From: the human T2T-CHM13v2.0 reference genome, Homo sapiens
Assembly: GCF_009914755.1 (NCBI RefSeq)
Contig: NC_060944.1
Strand: one strand, 5' to 3'
DNA length: 64,000 nt
The position numbers and the translations under genes are program-made. The notes beneath the pieces are model-generated. The model was given only the letters and a program-made list of their open reading frames with translations. It ran no database searches and had not been told where the DNA came from. This document shows, in pieces, positions 1-15,120 of the stretch (position 1 is its first letter; every line of letters begins with the position of its first letter).

Positions 1-293
1 AAGCCCAGATAGCAGAATGATTGGCCGAAGTAAAATAGATCATATTATTCACCTCTACTTTACAGTTTTACTGGATCGACTTTTCCTCCACTCCATCCCG
101 AGGATGCTCACAGCCCTGACAGTCAATGGGAATTGGCTATTCCCTGGTCTGGGTACTCTTTTTATCGACGTGTTGATTTTTAGGCCTAGTAACTCAGTTG
201 TGTTTGCTCCCATGCCTGCTTATGCCTGCAGTACCTGTTAATGGCAATTGAAATAATTAATACCTAATTCAGTAAACTGTAAGGATAAAAATA

Positions 294-448
294 AAGAGAG
301 TTGTTACTTCTGTGAAAATTCAGTTACATTCTGTGGGGAAATAAAATCAGCAAAGGCCAACCATTATAAAAGAATTGCAGTCAAAGTATGTGTGAGCCAG
401 GCAATTGTTAAATGATGGGGGAATCATAAGAATCTAGAAGGATTCTAT
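294..448 (+). mobile_element. Degenerate Tigger/pogo-family transposase N-terminal HTH remnant
   Basis: Translation through stops and frameshifts gives KRVVTSVKIQL...KGQPL*K/IAVKVCVSQAIVK*WGNHKNLEGF, resembling the CENP-B/Jerky-like HTH of Tigger transposases. Confidence 0.55.
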
Positions 449-1121
449 TTATAATTTATGGTTGGTAGTCCCAGGTCATTCCCTTGCTCCCAATTCAAGC
501 CCGTAGCCAGGCTTTTAACATTCTTCCCTTGGGGGATTTTTCAAGGGTGACAGATGCTTCTGCTCTGTGGTCAATTGCTAAAATGGAGAAGAGGAATCCA
601 AGCCTTGCTCATCTTCTGGAATTTTCCACATCTCTTTCCTTTCATCCAAAGACTTTGCTTGTGCTTCTTTCCCTCTTGTGCTCCAGGGACACCTTGGAAA
701 CTTCCTTCATTGATCTTTTAATATTACCAAGAATGGGACATGCCCTTTTCATCTGACCATTTCTGCTTTATACCTGAGGTATACTGAAGATTCCCTGAGG
801 TAACTGAGAAGGCTTTGAGTATGAATGTCCCTCCTCTCTGCTCATGTGGAATTTTTCTCACTTGCCATGTTACCTTTGGACAATTTCGTTCTATGCCTGC
901 CTCTTCTCTAGACAGTAAGCCCCTGAGGATGGGGAACATCTCTCATGCATCTTGGTCCCTTCAATGTCCTGGAATTGCTCTGGAATATTCTAAGCAGTCA
1001 GTGAATGCTTGTAAAATCATCTGAAAAGTTTTTGAAAATTATTGCTGGAGACACCAAAGGACCCAAAGATTTTGCATTTATAAGTAATAACACGTTATCC
1101 AAGCTCTTTAGACCCGAAGGA

Positions 1122-1616
1122 TGTCTGGATGGGGCTATGGCGAACACACCTGATAGCAATAACTTAAGCATACCTTTAGAATGACCCTGTATGGCAGATG
1201 AACCTCGATGTGTGTTCCGAGATAGGGGATATGGAAGTGGCCAGCCTAGAGAGTCATTCCCTGTCTATGAAGAACACCTGAGCCCCGGGGCCATCCACTG
1301 GAACATGGACCACAAAGGGGATTGAGGCCCTGAGTGTTGGGTTGAATGACTGCCAGGTGGAGGTTGTTAGGGGGAGGGTGCTACATGAAAGTGCTATATA
1401 AACTCCTTGTCTTTTGCAAGCTATTGCGGTTCTTCTGCTCAGCTCACCGCCACTGGGCCACGTGGTTCTCATGTCCAGTCCGCTGCCACTGAACTCTCTC
1501 CCCAGTACGTAAGTCCCCAGTAAAACCCCATGTCTTGATTGCTGGCTCTGGGTCTCTTCTTCAGCCTCTTGAACCTGGAGCCAACCTATTGGAGTCAATA
1601 GGGGTTTGGTGTAACA
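1122..1616 (+). mobile_element. Solo LTR, ERVL class (LTR47/MER54-like; subfamily uncertain)
   Basis: TG...CA termini, 5-bp TSD aagga/gagga, TATA (ctatataaa ~1394), AGTAAA ~1519, recalled motif gcaataacttaagcatacc..agaatgaccctgtatggcaga. Confidence 0.7.
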
Positions 1617-1774
1617 GAGGACTAAGCTTGTTGAAGATCAGATTTGAAAAAGCAAATAATCAAAAGTAGAAAAGAGCAGGACACTGCTAGGTCATGCATG
1701 ATGGCCTCAATAAGTTTGTTCCATTTTTTCCTTCTAATGACTTATTTCTTTTCTTTGCCTGAAAGATTTATGTA

Positions 1775-2260
1775 TCTGTAGGGAATACTTTTGGGTGCAA
1801 GTAGCAGAATGCCCAACAAACAGTAGTTTAAACTGTAAGTTCACTTATTTATTTCTTAAGAAGTCCACAGCTCAGCAGCCCAAAGGTGATACAGTGGCTT
1901 AATAATGTCATCAAGGAAAGAACATCTTCCTGTCTTTCCACTGAATTATCTTCAGAGCACTGGCTTTTTGTCCTGGGCTCATAATCTTGCAGTTGTCACT
2001 AATTTAAATGTCACATCCCAACATGGCAGCATCCAGAACAGGAAGGGAAAGGGTCCTCTTCCTTGTATGGCTCTCTCTGATGTAGGGAGGAAAACGTCTC
2101 TAAGAAACTCTAAGAGTTGTCCTTTCCTCATTGGCCACACCTGAGCCAATTGGGTGACTTGCCCACGTGCAGACAAATCACTGGCACATTTTAACCTGTT
2201 GCCACAAACTACAAATTGGCTTGAAGCAAGTGTGGCTTATCCCCTTAGGGATGGATCCAT
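1775..2260 (-). mobile_element. Old MaLR LTR (MLT1J/K/L-like)
   Basis: gggtgcaagtagcagaatgcccaacaaacagtagtttaaac and cattggccacacctgagccaattgggtgacttgcccac resemble antisense MLT1; boundaries approximate. Confidence 0.5.
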
Positions 2261-2821
2261 CATTGTCTGGAAGAATAAACAGGGTCTATTTGTAAAGAAA
2301 TGGGGAACCAACAGTGTCTTCTGCAATGTATTTGTTACCATGGCAAACACATGTATTGAGATACATGCCTTTAATGTGGGAGTTTTTAAGCCATGAGAGA
2401 TATCTCAGGAAGTTCATCAAGCTATCTGTGTTCACCATTTGTCCTTCCCTGAGGAGTAGCTTTTTTTGTCTCAAGATCAAAGATAGAGGTTTCCAAACAT
2501 TTAAAAGACAACGTTCAGGTTTTTCTTGGGAGATAGAGGTGCACAGAATGTCAGGGAGGGAAACGGGCTGGTGACTGAGAAAGGGGAAGTGATTCCAACC
2601 TGGTAGACAAATGGCAATGCCTAGTACCAAGAAAAGGACAACACTTCTTTTGGGGGATTGCTGTTTTCTGTGGGTACCAGATACCAGCACCACCTTTGCC
2701 TTCAGTCTTCCTGGTGGGGGGCAGCTGTGGGATGGTAGTGGCATCAGGCTTCTGAGTGCAGAGGTTCTGGGAGCAGCAATGTGAGTCTCTGACTCTCAGC
2801 CTACGGTCAGGGGAAAGGTCA

Positions 2822-3410
<589 letters not shown>

Positions 3411-3744
3411 TTCTGATATTGTATGATTATAGAAAAAGCAGAGACTCCACAACCAAGATGAAAATGGAAATTCTCAGAAATTGAGTTGGTTAAGTCTTGG
3501 AGCTAAATTCATTTGATAAAGAAAAAAGAAGAGATGTGATGCCATTTGAATCTCAATATTGGGGAGCAAATTCCTATCTACTATATTAAGGAACTAATTG
3601 AAGGTCCAAGTCCCTTTGAGAATCATGTTCTCTTTGGAGTGCAGCCTTTTCAATTCTACTGCTAATGGTAACATAGCTGAGGCAGTCACACTGTTATCCA
3701 GATGTTTCTGTCACCTGTATGCTGAATTAGACATATTATGGTAC

Positions 3745-3880
3745 AGACTGTCTGTCTACCATCTAATTCTGTCATCTTTGTCTGTATGTATCTAACTATT
3801 GCTATCTATCTGTGTCTATCTATCTACCTATCTCTGTCTATCTCTCTGTCTGTCTGACTGTCTATTTATCTGACCTATTT
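3745..3880. repeat. Degenerate (TCTA/TCTG)n simple repeat
   Basis: ctatctatctgtgtctatctatctacctatctctgtc... Confidence 0.75.
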
Positions 3881-4517
3881 AGTTCTTCATCTGTGACATG
3901 CACCATAACATTGTCTCATTTAATCCTCACAACAACTCTTCAGGCTAGAACAGAGGCTTTCAAACTTCTTGGAAAAGTTACAACTAAGACAATCACTTTT
4001 CCTGAGAACTCTGTTTATAGAAACACACACACATCTGAAAAAGTTGCCTATACTTACTCCATGTGACACATTCTATTCAATTCTATGCTACTGTATTCTA
4101 TTCTGGTCCATTTAAAACATAATTTATTGTGGGTCACAATGTGGCTTTTATGAATCATTATTCAACTGAGTTCTTGTTATTCTCCATTTATAGAAGAGAA
4201 AGAGTTGGGGGAGGTTACAGACAGATGGGAAGAAGCCCAGCTCATCAGAGTAAGAGTTGGAATTGAACCAATGGCTTCTCTGATGTCCGAGCACTGACCA
4301 TGATGCCCTGCTGCCTCTCACGGTGCTCCTCTGAGGATGGGTGCTTCACACCCAGCTAGTTCCCTGATTATTTTACGACGGCCATTCAAGCCCACCCACC
4401 TGCCTCTAGCTCAGTGGTTCTGAATTCTGGCTGCATGTTGGAGTCCTTGGAGCCACTGTCCTGAGGATGAAAATTGCATAGACCTGGACTGGGGCCTGCG
4501 CAGGAGTACTTTGTATT

Positions 4518-5383
<866 letters not shown>

Positions 5384-6631
5384 GTACTTTGCATTTTTTA
5401 AAGTCTACCCATCTCATTTCAGTGTGCACCCAGGGTTAAGAATCCCCGCAGGGAAGAGCCTAATCAGGCGCTTACTTCTTCCTGTTTTAGTGGGGGCTGA
5501 GATTGCAAAGCAAACTAGCTAATTTGCTGGGACATTTATAACCAGGGAAGATTAAATAATATGTACAAGCAGAAACACAAGGCATATTATTAAAGCAAGC
5601 ATGTGTGCAAAACACAGTGTCCTTTCAATTGCAGCATTGTTTGCCTCTTCCGCAGCTGGCTCCCAAGTATGTAATACCGCTGCAGAACTGGCTGTGGGGA
5701 GGAAAAAATGAAGTGCACTTCTCTGATTTTGTCTGGTGCCATCCACTTTCACTCAACCTTCCCTCAAGGAGAGAAGAACAATACTCCCATTGAGTCGCCT
5801 TTGTAGCTTGAATCTGAATCTGCTTTAATAATTCCTGTTTTTCTGTTTGTGTATAATTATTTCAACTCCCTGGGTCACTAAGTCCTCCCTGAAATCGGAG
5901 GGCTGCCTTATTTTCATATCTATGGTATAGAAAGCCCAAAGAATACAGTCAAATTGAATTTCCTCCCCCTGCATAAATGGAAGAGTTCATGAATTCTGTT
6001 TTCTCCACATGAACAATCTATTCTTGGGAAAAGAGAATTGCCCTTTACGAATGATGAAGGAGGCCATCGTCAATTGGGTGGAGTCCATTTTCTTCTTAGG
6101 AAGCAGCATGAAGAATTCATGGCTTGTTTGTTTCCTGATATGGGAAAAATTCACGTGCATAACAGCATAAATCCCACCCACATATTTAGGTAATAAATTA
6201 GGATGAAAATCTCCTACGATAATTAGATTTGAAAATGCCACGTTCCTGTAGAGCTATGCAAATACCTTAGGGAGTGGACTATGATGATGTTCCAATAAGC
6301 CTCAGTGTGTCTAGCTGTGAAATGGGCAACAAAGTCCCATCTTCTGAAGAAAGGCTGACATTGTCAAAGAAAATCATGAAGTGCCACATTTATGACTAGC
6401 TTTGAGATTCATGGTCTTTCATTTGAAAAAGATACAACGTAATGCTTCATAGGAGTTATCCTAATAGCTCGCTGCAATAGCAGGCGCTGATGGGATTCTT
6501 GCCTGCTGTACCGCGTCTTGGCAAATACTGATGTGGGATTATTTTGTTCGATCCCAATAATAAGCGTATCAGATAGGAAGTGATATTAACCCCACTTTTC
6601 AGACAGCAAAGCAGGGGTTCAATGAGGTTAA

Positions 6632-6746
6632 CCCATTTATGCCTGAGGTTGCAATTTTTTAACTTTGAAAAATCAGACTTTGAGAAGCAGGATATAACTA
6701 ACTCCCACATGCTTAGCGTTCCAATAATGGAACACTAGGCATAAAT
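6632..6746 (-). mobile_element. MER85 (piggyBac3/PGBD3-derived MITE)
   Basis: TTAA on both sides (6628, 6747), TIR cccatttatgcct, palindrome GTTCCAATAATGGAAC 6718-6733; terminal GGG missing at right end and a small internal deletion. Confidence 0.9.
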
Positions 6747-6949
6747 TTAATAAGCTCAGTTATACCATCTGAAAAGTGGGGTTAATATAACTTCCTCACT
6801 TCATATAACCTGCAGACATCATTGCCAGGATAGGAAGACAGGTCGCAGGGCAACTGAAGACCTGGTCACTTTTCCCCAGAGTTAGGGAGATGTAACTTGT
6901 GGAGAGCTGGATGCTTTTAGGCATTACACAAATGAATTCCATGTATTTA

Positions 6950-7159
6950 TTTATTTATTTATTTTTGATTAAAAATTTTTTTTTAAAATTCTACTTTAAG
7001 TTCTAGGGTACATGTGCACAACGTGCAGGTTTGTTACATATGTATACACGTGCCATGTTGTTGTGCTGCACCCATTAACTCATCATTTACATTGGGTATA
7101 TCTCCTAATTCTTTCCCTCCCCTCTCCCCCCACCCCACGACAGGCCCCGGTGTGTGATG
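6950..7159 (-). mobile_element. L1PA (PA3-5-like) 3' end, 5'-truncated
   Basis: tactttaagttctagggtacatgtgcacaacgtgcagg...; TSD (atg)aattccatgtattta at 6932 and 7157. Confidence 0.9.
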
Positions 7160-7352
7160 AATTCCATGTATTTAAATGAATAAATCAAGCAACAAATGTA
7201 TCAAGTAATGTCACACACTTCATTGGACAAATATTATTACTTTAGGGCAAGAACTAATAAAAACAAAATGAATAGGTTACAGAAAAAATATTGAGTAAAT
7301 AATAATCCAGGTAGTACATGTCAGAAATCTTAATAGCTTATTCAAATGACTA

Positions 7353-7694
<342 letters not shown>

Positions 7695-7904
7695 AGAAAA
7701 TGTGAAGGACCCTTTATATTTTTTTAATGAGTGGACTCATTATTTCCAGAGTCATAGCCCCCAAATATTATCAGAACCTCTAATTGTCCAGGGGCAGGGG
7801 CACATTCCCAGTTCTCCTTTTGCCACAGGGCACAGCCCAATGCTGGAGCCCTGCAAACCCTTAGGAAACTTTGCTGAAAGTGTGCTGTGTCCAAAGGAGC
7901 CTAG

Positions 7905-8035
7905 GCGACTTTGCTGATCTGTCACCAACTTGCTGTGTGGCTTTGGGCAAGTCACTTCACCTCTCTGTGCCCCAGATTTTTTCTGTATAAAATAAATGTG
8001 TGAACAAGTTTGTATCTAAAGTATATTCCAATGCT
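7905..8035 (+). mobile_element. MIR/MIR3 fragment
   Basis: MIR core gctgtgtggctttgggcaagtcacttcacctctctgtgcc. Confidence 0.7.
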
Positions 8036-8183
8036 ATGTTTCTGGTTGGAATGAGCTAATTAATTAAAAAATTACTAAGTGGATATTACCTCTAGCTATT
8101 TTGGGGGGAAGTACCCTAGCCTGGGGATTTAGAGTGGGACTCTGGGTGCAGAATAACTGGTTTGAATCTTGTCTCCACCACTT

Positions 8184-8508
8184 TTTTCTTTCTTTTTCTT
8201 TTCTTTCTTTCTTTTTTTTTTTTTTGGAGATGGAGTCCCGCTGTGTCGCCTAGACTGGAGTGCAGTGGCGCGATCTTGGCTCACTGCAACCTCCGACTCC
8301 TGGGATCAAGCAATTCTCTTGCCTCAGCCTCCCGAGTAGCTAGGATTACAGCACCCACCACCATGCCCAGGTAATTTTTTTTGTATTTTTAGTAGACATG
8401 GGGTTTCACCATGTTGGCCAGGCTGGCCTCGAACTCCTGACCTCGTGATCTGCCCGCTTCGTCCTCCCAAAGTGCTGGGATTACAGGCATGAGCCACCAC
8501 GCCTGGTC
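8184..8508 (-). mobile_element. AluSg-like, inserted in a MIR (~8120-8640)
   Basis: gaactcctgacctcgtgatc; TSD caccactt; MIR core continues on both sides. Confidence 0.9.
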
Positions 8509-9014
8509 ACCACCACTTCTCTCTGTGTGGCTTTAAGCAAGTTACTTAAATTCCCTGCACTTCAGTTTTCCGTAGAGTTCATGTACATCAGTTGTCAAAG
8601 GGCAGATGTCTGGCACATTGGAAATATTACCGAATGTTAGTTATCCGTGAATCGGGGGACTGATTTTATAACCACCCAAATCATATTTATTTCCTAGAGG
8701 AATGAAGATGAAAATAGTGGTGGTTAGTGTCTAGCATCGCACTATGTTTGCCAAGATTAATTTGCAATGAGCCGTTTTCAAACAGGATGTTCAGCCACTA
8801 TATGTACTTCTTGAAGTAACCAGCAGGTGGTGAAGTTGGATTATATTTTAGATGGTCAGGGCCTGGTGTACCTCTTGCCTGGGGTTTTGTGAGAGAAAAA
8901 AAATAGCTTTCTTTTTTATCAGCACCCCAAACCATTAACATCTGGAATCAATAGAGGCTGTATCTGTCACTTAATGCTATAGAAATTGCAAGAAAAAAGT
9001 CCTGCTGGTTAGTA

Positions 9015-9187
9015 TACCAGTTCTCAAAATGTCAGCATCATTTGTGTCACCTGGGGGTACTTGTCAGGAATGCAGTCTCTCTGGTCCCACCCCACAGGAT
9101 GGAACTGGAAACTAAGGATGAGCCCAGTCATCTGTGTCTTCAAGAACTCTCCAGTGATTCTGGTGCACTTGTGTTATAGAACCGCTG
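9015..9187. mobile_element. MER5A
   Basis: cagttctcaaa...tcacctggggg..cttgtcaggaatgcag...gtgattctggtgcac...agaaccgctg. Confidence 0.7.
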
Positions 9188-9576
9188 TGCTAGAGGTCTT
9201 AGTATTTGCTGTGAATGTGAGTAGGTAAAGAGAGGGTATTTGGTGAGTGTCACTACCTCAGTGCAGGCCAGGGACCAGTGGTTCCACATCAATGTGGGGG
9301 AGTGTTAGAATGCATGGTCTCTGGCCACACCCCAAACAAGCTGGATTGAAAGTCGCATTTTCATCAGCTCCTGGAGATTCTCCTGGAGATTCTCCTGTAT
9401 GATCTCTTTCTCTTTTTCTTTCCTTCTCTTCCTTTCTCATTCTCCTCTCTCTTCCCCTTTGCCATCTCCACTGCTCCCTTTCTCAGTGACAATTGGGCAT
9501 ACCCCTCGCAGTGCCGGCTGCTCAGGTGGGAAAGTGGAGAAGACTCTTCTATTTCCCAGCCTGAGAAAATTTGCTT

Positions 9577-9870
<294 letters not shown>

Positions 9871-10169
9871 GAAAACTTACTTGAAGCCTACTGGAGACAG
9901 ACAGCTAAACATACAGTGTGGGACACCTGTGCTGCCACCTGAGTGCCAAGAGCAGGGAAGGACCCTTTGGGTTGGGAGCTTCGCACAGAGGGTGGCCTTG
10001 AGCAGCACCTAGAAATCCAGTTGAGATCTTCACTTTCTCCACATCCTCCTCTCCCCCTGTCGTCTGTTGTTCTTTTTCTACTTACCTGCCTTCTGGCTCT
10101 TTTCACCTGTGGATAATTTATTCCCACAACTCAGTCTCACCAGGATGACTTAAAGTCTAAAGTACACGT

Positions 10170-10323
10170 CAGTGGTTCTCAAAGTGCAGTCCCTTTCCAG
10201 CAACATCATCACTTTGGAACTTGTTAGAAAGACAGATTCTCAGGCTCACTCCAGACCTTGTTAAAGGAAACTTTAACAAGGCTTCCAGAAGATTCTAACA
10301 CACATGACAGCTAGAGAACTGTG
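10170..10323. mobile_element. MER5A
   Basis: cagtggttctcaaagtg...ggaacttgttagaaagacagattctcaggc. Confidence 0.75.
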
Positions 10324-10331
10324 GCTTTAGA

Positions 10332-11345
10332 TGGTGGCAGGAATTGTTCATTGCCTACTCAAGCCACGGGTTCAAATTCTTCTTGGTAACAGACCCAGAT
10401 AGGGGTCCAAGTTTCAGGTGAGTAACAAACACTGTTCTCAGAAACAGTAAGCTCTTTCCCTTGCCCCAGGGGAATGAAATACGATTCGTCTACACTGCGA
10501 TTCTACTTCGCAATGACATGTAGTAGCAAATCGGGGACCCAAGAAGCAACTGATGGCACAGTCAAAATAAGGTAATTTAACGGGCATTTCCTGAAAATAG
10601 GCTATTTATAGGAATGTGAATGTGTAGTAACGCAAGGAAGAGTGAAGTAACCACAGAAAACAGCCTGAGTTGCCTTCCCCGTGAGAAGGATCCCTTCAAC
10701 TCTAGACCTAAGGGAGCAAGAAAGGAGAATTTAGGAGAGAGTCAAGTTGGGGAGTCCTTGACAGGAGCAATGACCTTATCTCAAAGTCCTCATCCAGCCT
10801 GAGGTCAAGCCAGGGGGGATGTCAGGGGACTCCTTCCCCTCTCCCCATCATTGTCTTCTCTCCCTGAGACCTTGAACAGGCACCCCCCATTGGCTGAGAC
10901 CATCCGGGTATACAGGAACCCTAAAATCTTTACAGGTAGGCTTTACCAGTCTACATAGGGTATTAAAGAGCAGAATATGAGTTTGGGGAGCAAAAGGAAG
11001 ACATCCTGTTCATTGGTCTAGGGGTGAGCAGGTGGCCCAATCTGGCCAATGAGACATATGGGAAAGTCTGCTGGACGCTTCTGGAAACATTTTCTTTCCT
11101 GACTGTCGTAGAAAGAAGGCTCTCCTTTCTACTTGCTTGGGATGCTTTTGAGAGGTTGCACTTCTTGGACTTTGAAGCCACCTTTGGCCACAAGGGGAAT
11201 GCAAAGAGAACTACTGTCAAGAACCTGGATACCCACAGAGCTATTAAAAGGCCTTGGAACCCCCAGCTCCAGCCTTCTTGTTAAGCAAACAATGGATGTC
11301 TCTATAGTTTAAGCTTCTGAGGGTTGTGTGTTCTGTAATGGGAAA
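10332..11345 (+). mobile_element. LTR33-like ERVL LTR, interrupted at ~10519-11009
   Basis: tggcaggaattgttcattgcctac...ttcttcttggtaacagacccagat; resumes cattggtctagggg...tctggccaatgagacatatgggaaagtctgctgg. Confidence 0.55.
10519..11009 (-). mobile_element. Nested old ERVL-type LTR (LTR40/41-like, uncertain)
   Basis: tgtagtag...gatggcacagtcaaaataaggtaattt...cccattggctgagacc; resembles the element at 43870-44290. Confidence 0.4.
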
Positions 11346-11957
11346 ATCTGTGGAGTTATTGCTAGGAATGGTAATGGTGAAATCATTAAAACACAGACCC
11401 CAATTCAGAGTCAAATTCAGCTGTGTTGATGCCCTTGGATCTGATTAAAAGAGCTTCCTTCCTATTTGAGTAGGGGAAGTGGATTCTGGAAGACAATAGA
11501 ATATGGACATGGAAAGGCATCCCTGAGTGCCTGAGGAGGGGGCTTCTGGGGGAAGAGCCTGGCAGTGATGCCTGGAGAGTCAGGGTCACACCCCTGGCCC
11601 AGGCAGAGGGCACTGCTCAAAACACCTTGTACCTCCCCAGGCAAGGTCCTTGTAACCCATGACCTCAGAGCATTGAGTACTTTAGCTCAGCTTCATCTGT
11701 GATAGAGAGGAGACAGCTCAGCCTGTCTCCTGTGAGGGGAAGATTTCTGTGTGTCTGAAGGAAAAGTTCTCTGCACTCGCCCAATGCACAGCACTTCACA
11801 GCTGCCCTCACCCCAGCATCGCAATCCTCTCAACTCCTGCCCTGTATCAGCCTCTCCCCTCCCCAAACAGACAGGCAGCCAGGAGTAAGGCCATGGTGGT
11901 TGACTCAAGCATCTCTCTTCCCAGGCTGAAGTTCCACAGGTCTTGCTCTACCAGCTA

Positions 11958-13363
11958 CAGTCCTGTGACACTTAGCAATGGGGTATGTTCTGAGAAATGT
12001 GTTGTTAGGTGATGTCATCATTGTGGGAGCATCATAGAGTGTACACACACACCTTCATGGCATAGCCTACTACACATCTAGGCTAGATGGCTTGGTCTGT
12101 TGCTTCTAAGATACAAAATCTGTACAGCATGTTACTGTACCGAACACCTCAGGCAACCGTAACACAATGGTAAGTGTTTGTGTATCTAAACATAGAAAAG
12201 GTACAATACAAATATGGTGTAAAAGATTAAAAAAAAAAGATACACCTGTGTAGGGCACTGTATTAGTCCGTTTTCACACTGCTGATAAAGCCATACCCAA
12301 GACTGGGTAATTTACAGAAGAAAGAGGCTTAATGGACTTACAGTTCCACATGGCTGGGGAGGCCTCACAATCATGGCGGAAGGCAAGCAGGAGCAAGTCA
12401 CATCTTACATGGATGGTGGCAGGCAAAGAGAGAGAGCTTATGCAGGGAAACTCCTGTTTTTAAAAACCATCAGATCTCGTGGGTCTTATCACTATCACGA
12501 GAACAGCATGGGAAAGACCCGCTCCCATGATTGAATTACCTCCCACCAGGTTCTTCCCACCACATGTGGGAATTGTGGGAGTTACAATTCAAGATGAGAT
12601 TTGGATGGGGACACAGCCAAACCATATCAAGCCCTTATCACAAATAGAGACTGCAGGACTGGAAGTTGCTGTGGGTGAGTCAGTGAATGAAGAGTGAGTG
12701 AATGTGAAGGCCTAGGACAGGACTGTGCACAGGACTGTGGAATTTACAAACACTGTGCACTTAGGCTACACTAAATTTATAACAACATATTTTCTTCCTT
12801 CAATAATAAATTAACTGCTTACTGTAACATTTTTACTTTATAATTTTTTTAGTTTTTTAAACTTTTTGACTTTTTGTGATAACACTTAAAACACAAACAC
12901 ATTGTATAGCTGTATGAAATATATTTTCTTTACATATTTATTCTACAAGCTTTTTTCTATTAAATTTTTCTTTTTATACTTTTTAAGACATTTTGTTAAA
13001 AAACGAAGACACACACATTAGCCTAGGCCTACACAGGGTCAGGACCATCAATATCGCACTGTCTTCTACTTTCACATCTGTTCCCACTGGAAGTCTTCAG
13101 GGGCAATACTATGCGTGGAGCTGTCATCTCCCATGATAACAATGCCGTCCTCTGGATACCTCCTGAAGGATCTGCCTGAGGCTGTTTTCCAGTTTTTTTT
13201 TTTTTTTAAATTTATAGCTAGAAGGAGTGCACTCTAAAATAATGATAAAAATTATAGTATGGTAAACACAAGGCAATAAGAATATTTTGATTCCATTATA
13301 ATCTTATGGGACTGCAGTCATAGATGTGGTCTGTCCTTGGAAATGGTATGTGGCACATGACTG
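11958..13363 (-). mobile_element. Tigger3b (Golem) DNA transposon
   Basis: TA|cagtcctgtg...gttctgagaaatgtgttgttaggtga at left; ccattataatcttatggga...cacatgactg at right (TIRs). Confidence 0.9.
12259..12629 (-). mobile_element. THE1B solo LTR nested in Tigger3b
   Basis: tgtattagtccgttttcacactgctgataaag...ggggacacagccaaaccatatca. Confidence 0.9.
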
Positions 13364-13507
13364 TGCTTCGTCTGCCTCTATCCTCTCAATCCCAAGCGCC
13401 TATTTCTCTAATAGTCAGAGGCACTGACAGAAAGTCAACACACGCATTCTGACTGAGCTGCACAGTACTGACCCTGTTAGTGGCTCTGAAAGTCAAAAAC
13501 GCTTTAG

Positions 13508-13857
<350 letters not shown>

Positions 13858-14189
13858 TCATTCCTCTTTTAAAGCTTATTCAAACCAATTACTTTCATTG
13901 AACTTGCCAAGAATTAAATGGAGAGGAAGAGGTTTCATGTTAATCAGGACTCCTCTTTCCCAGCTTCTTGAGTCATTTTGCTTGAGAACAAATATGATCA
14001 AAGTGCAGAGTGAAGGAAAGGCATACGTAGAGGAAAGGGGGCTTTTGTATGCCAAGCCCTGTTCCCACACCTCATATCATTTAATCCCCAAACCATACCA
14101 ATCACCCCATTGTACAGGGGAGATACTGAGGCTTACAGGACGTAGCCTAATCCCCTGCAGGAAAGAAGGTGTGGATCTGGAACTGAACG

Positions 14190-14450
14190 GGGTGGTCTGG
14201 GAAGACCACCTCGATGAGGTGACATTTGTCTGGAGGTCACGATGAACTGAGAAAACAAATGATATGAATATTTAGAGGAAGAATCTTCCAGGAGAAGGCA
14301 GTGAAGAGTGCAAAGATCTGAGAGTGAGCAGGCTTGGTAAGTTCCAGAAAGAGCAAGATGACTAGTGGAGTGGGGTGAGAAAAAAAAAATGCAGTGGGTG
14401 AGGTCAGCAGGGTGGAAGGGGTGGGGCAGATAAGGTAAGGTCTTGCTCGA
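14190..14450 (-). mobile_element. L2 fragment
   Basis: gatgaggtgacatttg...ggaagaatcttccaggagaaggcagtgaagagtgcaaagatctgag. Confidence 0.7.
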
Positions 14451-15120
14451 TTGTCCCCTGCAGTCACACATATGGGACTCACCCCATTCCCTCTGCTTGC
14501 TGGTCCCTGTCCACCCCACATGGTAGCATTTCCCATGCTGAGTCAAAGTGGTCTCTTCACATCTGTATTTCCCCCTTGACTGAATTCCCTGCATCCAGCT
14601 TTGTATTCTGGCTCCCAATGGAGTCTTACCTACAGGCAGGTCCCTTTGCTTGAGCCGGGGGGCAAATGAAGTTTCTTGCACAAAATCAGATTATGCTGGA
14701 ATGCAGACACATCTACAAAACTGTGCTTCGTAAAACTGCATCATCTTTTTCAAGAATGGTCAGTACCTTCCTGGCTGCTCTCTGCTTGTGAAAAACTGAG
14801 TATTTTCTATTCCTCTTTGAAATTCACATGGAACATACCAGCATATAAAAGGCCCTGGGAATTGTGGAATCAACAGACTTTATTTTGTTGAACCTACCTT
14901 TGATTTAAAAAAAAGTTTGTTGAGCATTAGAATTTTCAAAAGACATATGGCTTTCTAGCAGAACTAGTTTTCCAGGGAAAGCAATTTGGAAAACACTCAG
15001 TTGAGTGGAGCAGCAGCAATGGGAATCAAGAAATAGATTTCGTGAGACGTGTTCATTCTTTACAAGGCCTAGGCCTTTTAATATTGCCAGTGAAGGGTAG
15101 GAATGGATGAACTTTTTCAG

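Noticed and set aside
2286-2744. 152-aa ORF (minus)
   Set aside because: No recognisable homology; length is compatible with chance in 64 kb across six frames.
8817-8835. CTCF-like ccagcaggtggtg (also tcagcagatggtgc near 2863)
   Set aside because: Mismatch at the key C of GGCG; too weak without ChIP data.
9369-9397. ctcctggagatt x2.5 and other very short tandem duplications (e.g. ~39160, ~34180)
   Set aside because: Ordinary slippage-scale repeats with no further structure.
14133-14681. Longest ORF (182 aa, minus)
   Set aside because: Overlaps an L2 fragment, starts at a non-ATG codon, and shows no recognisable domain or exon context.
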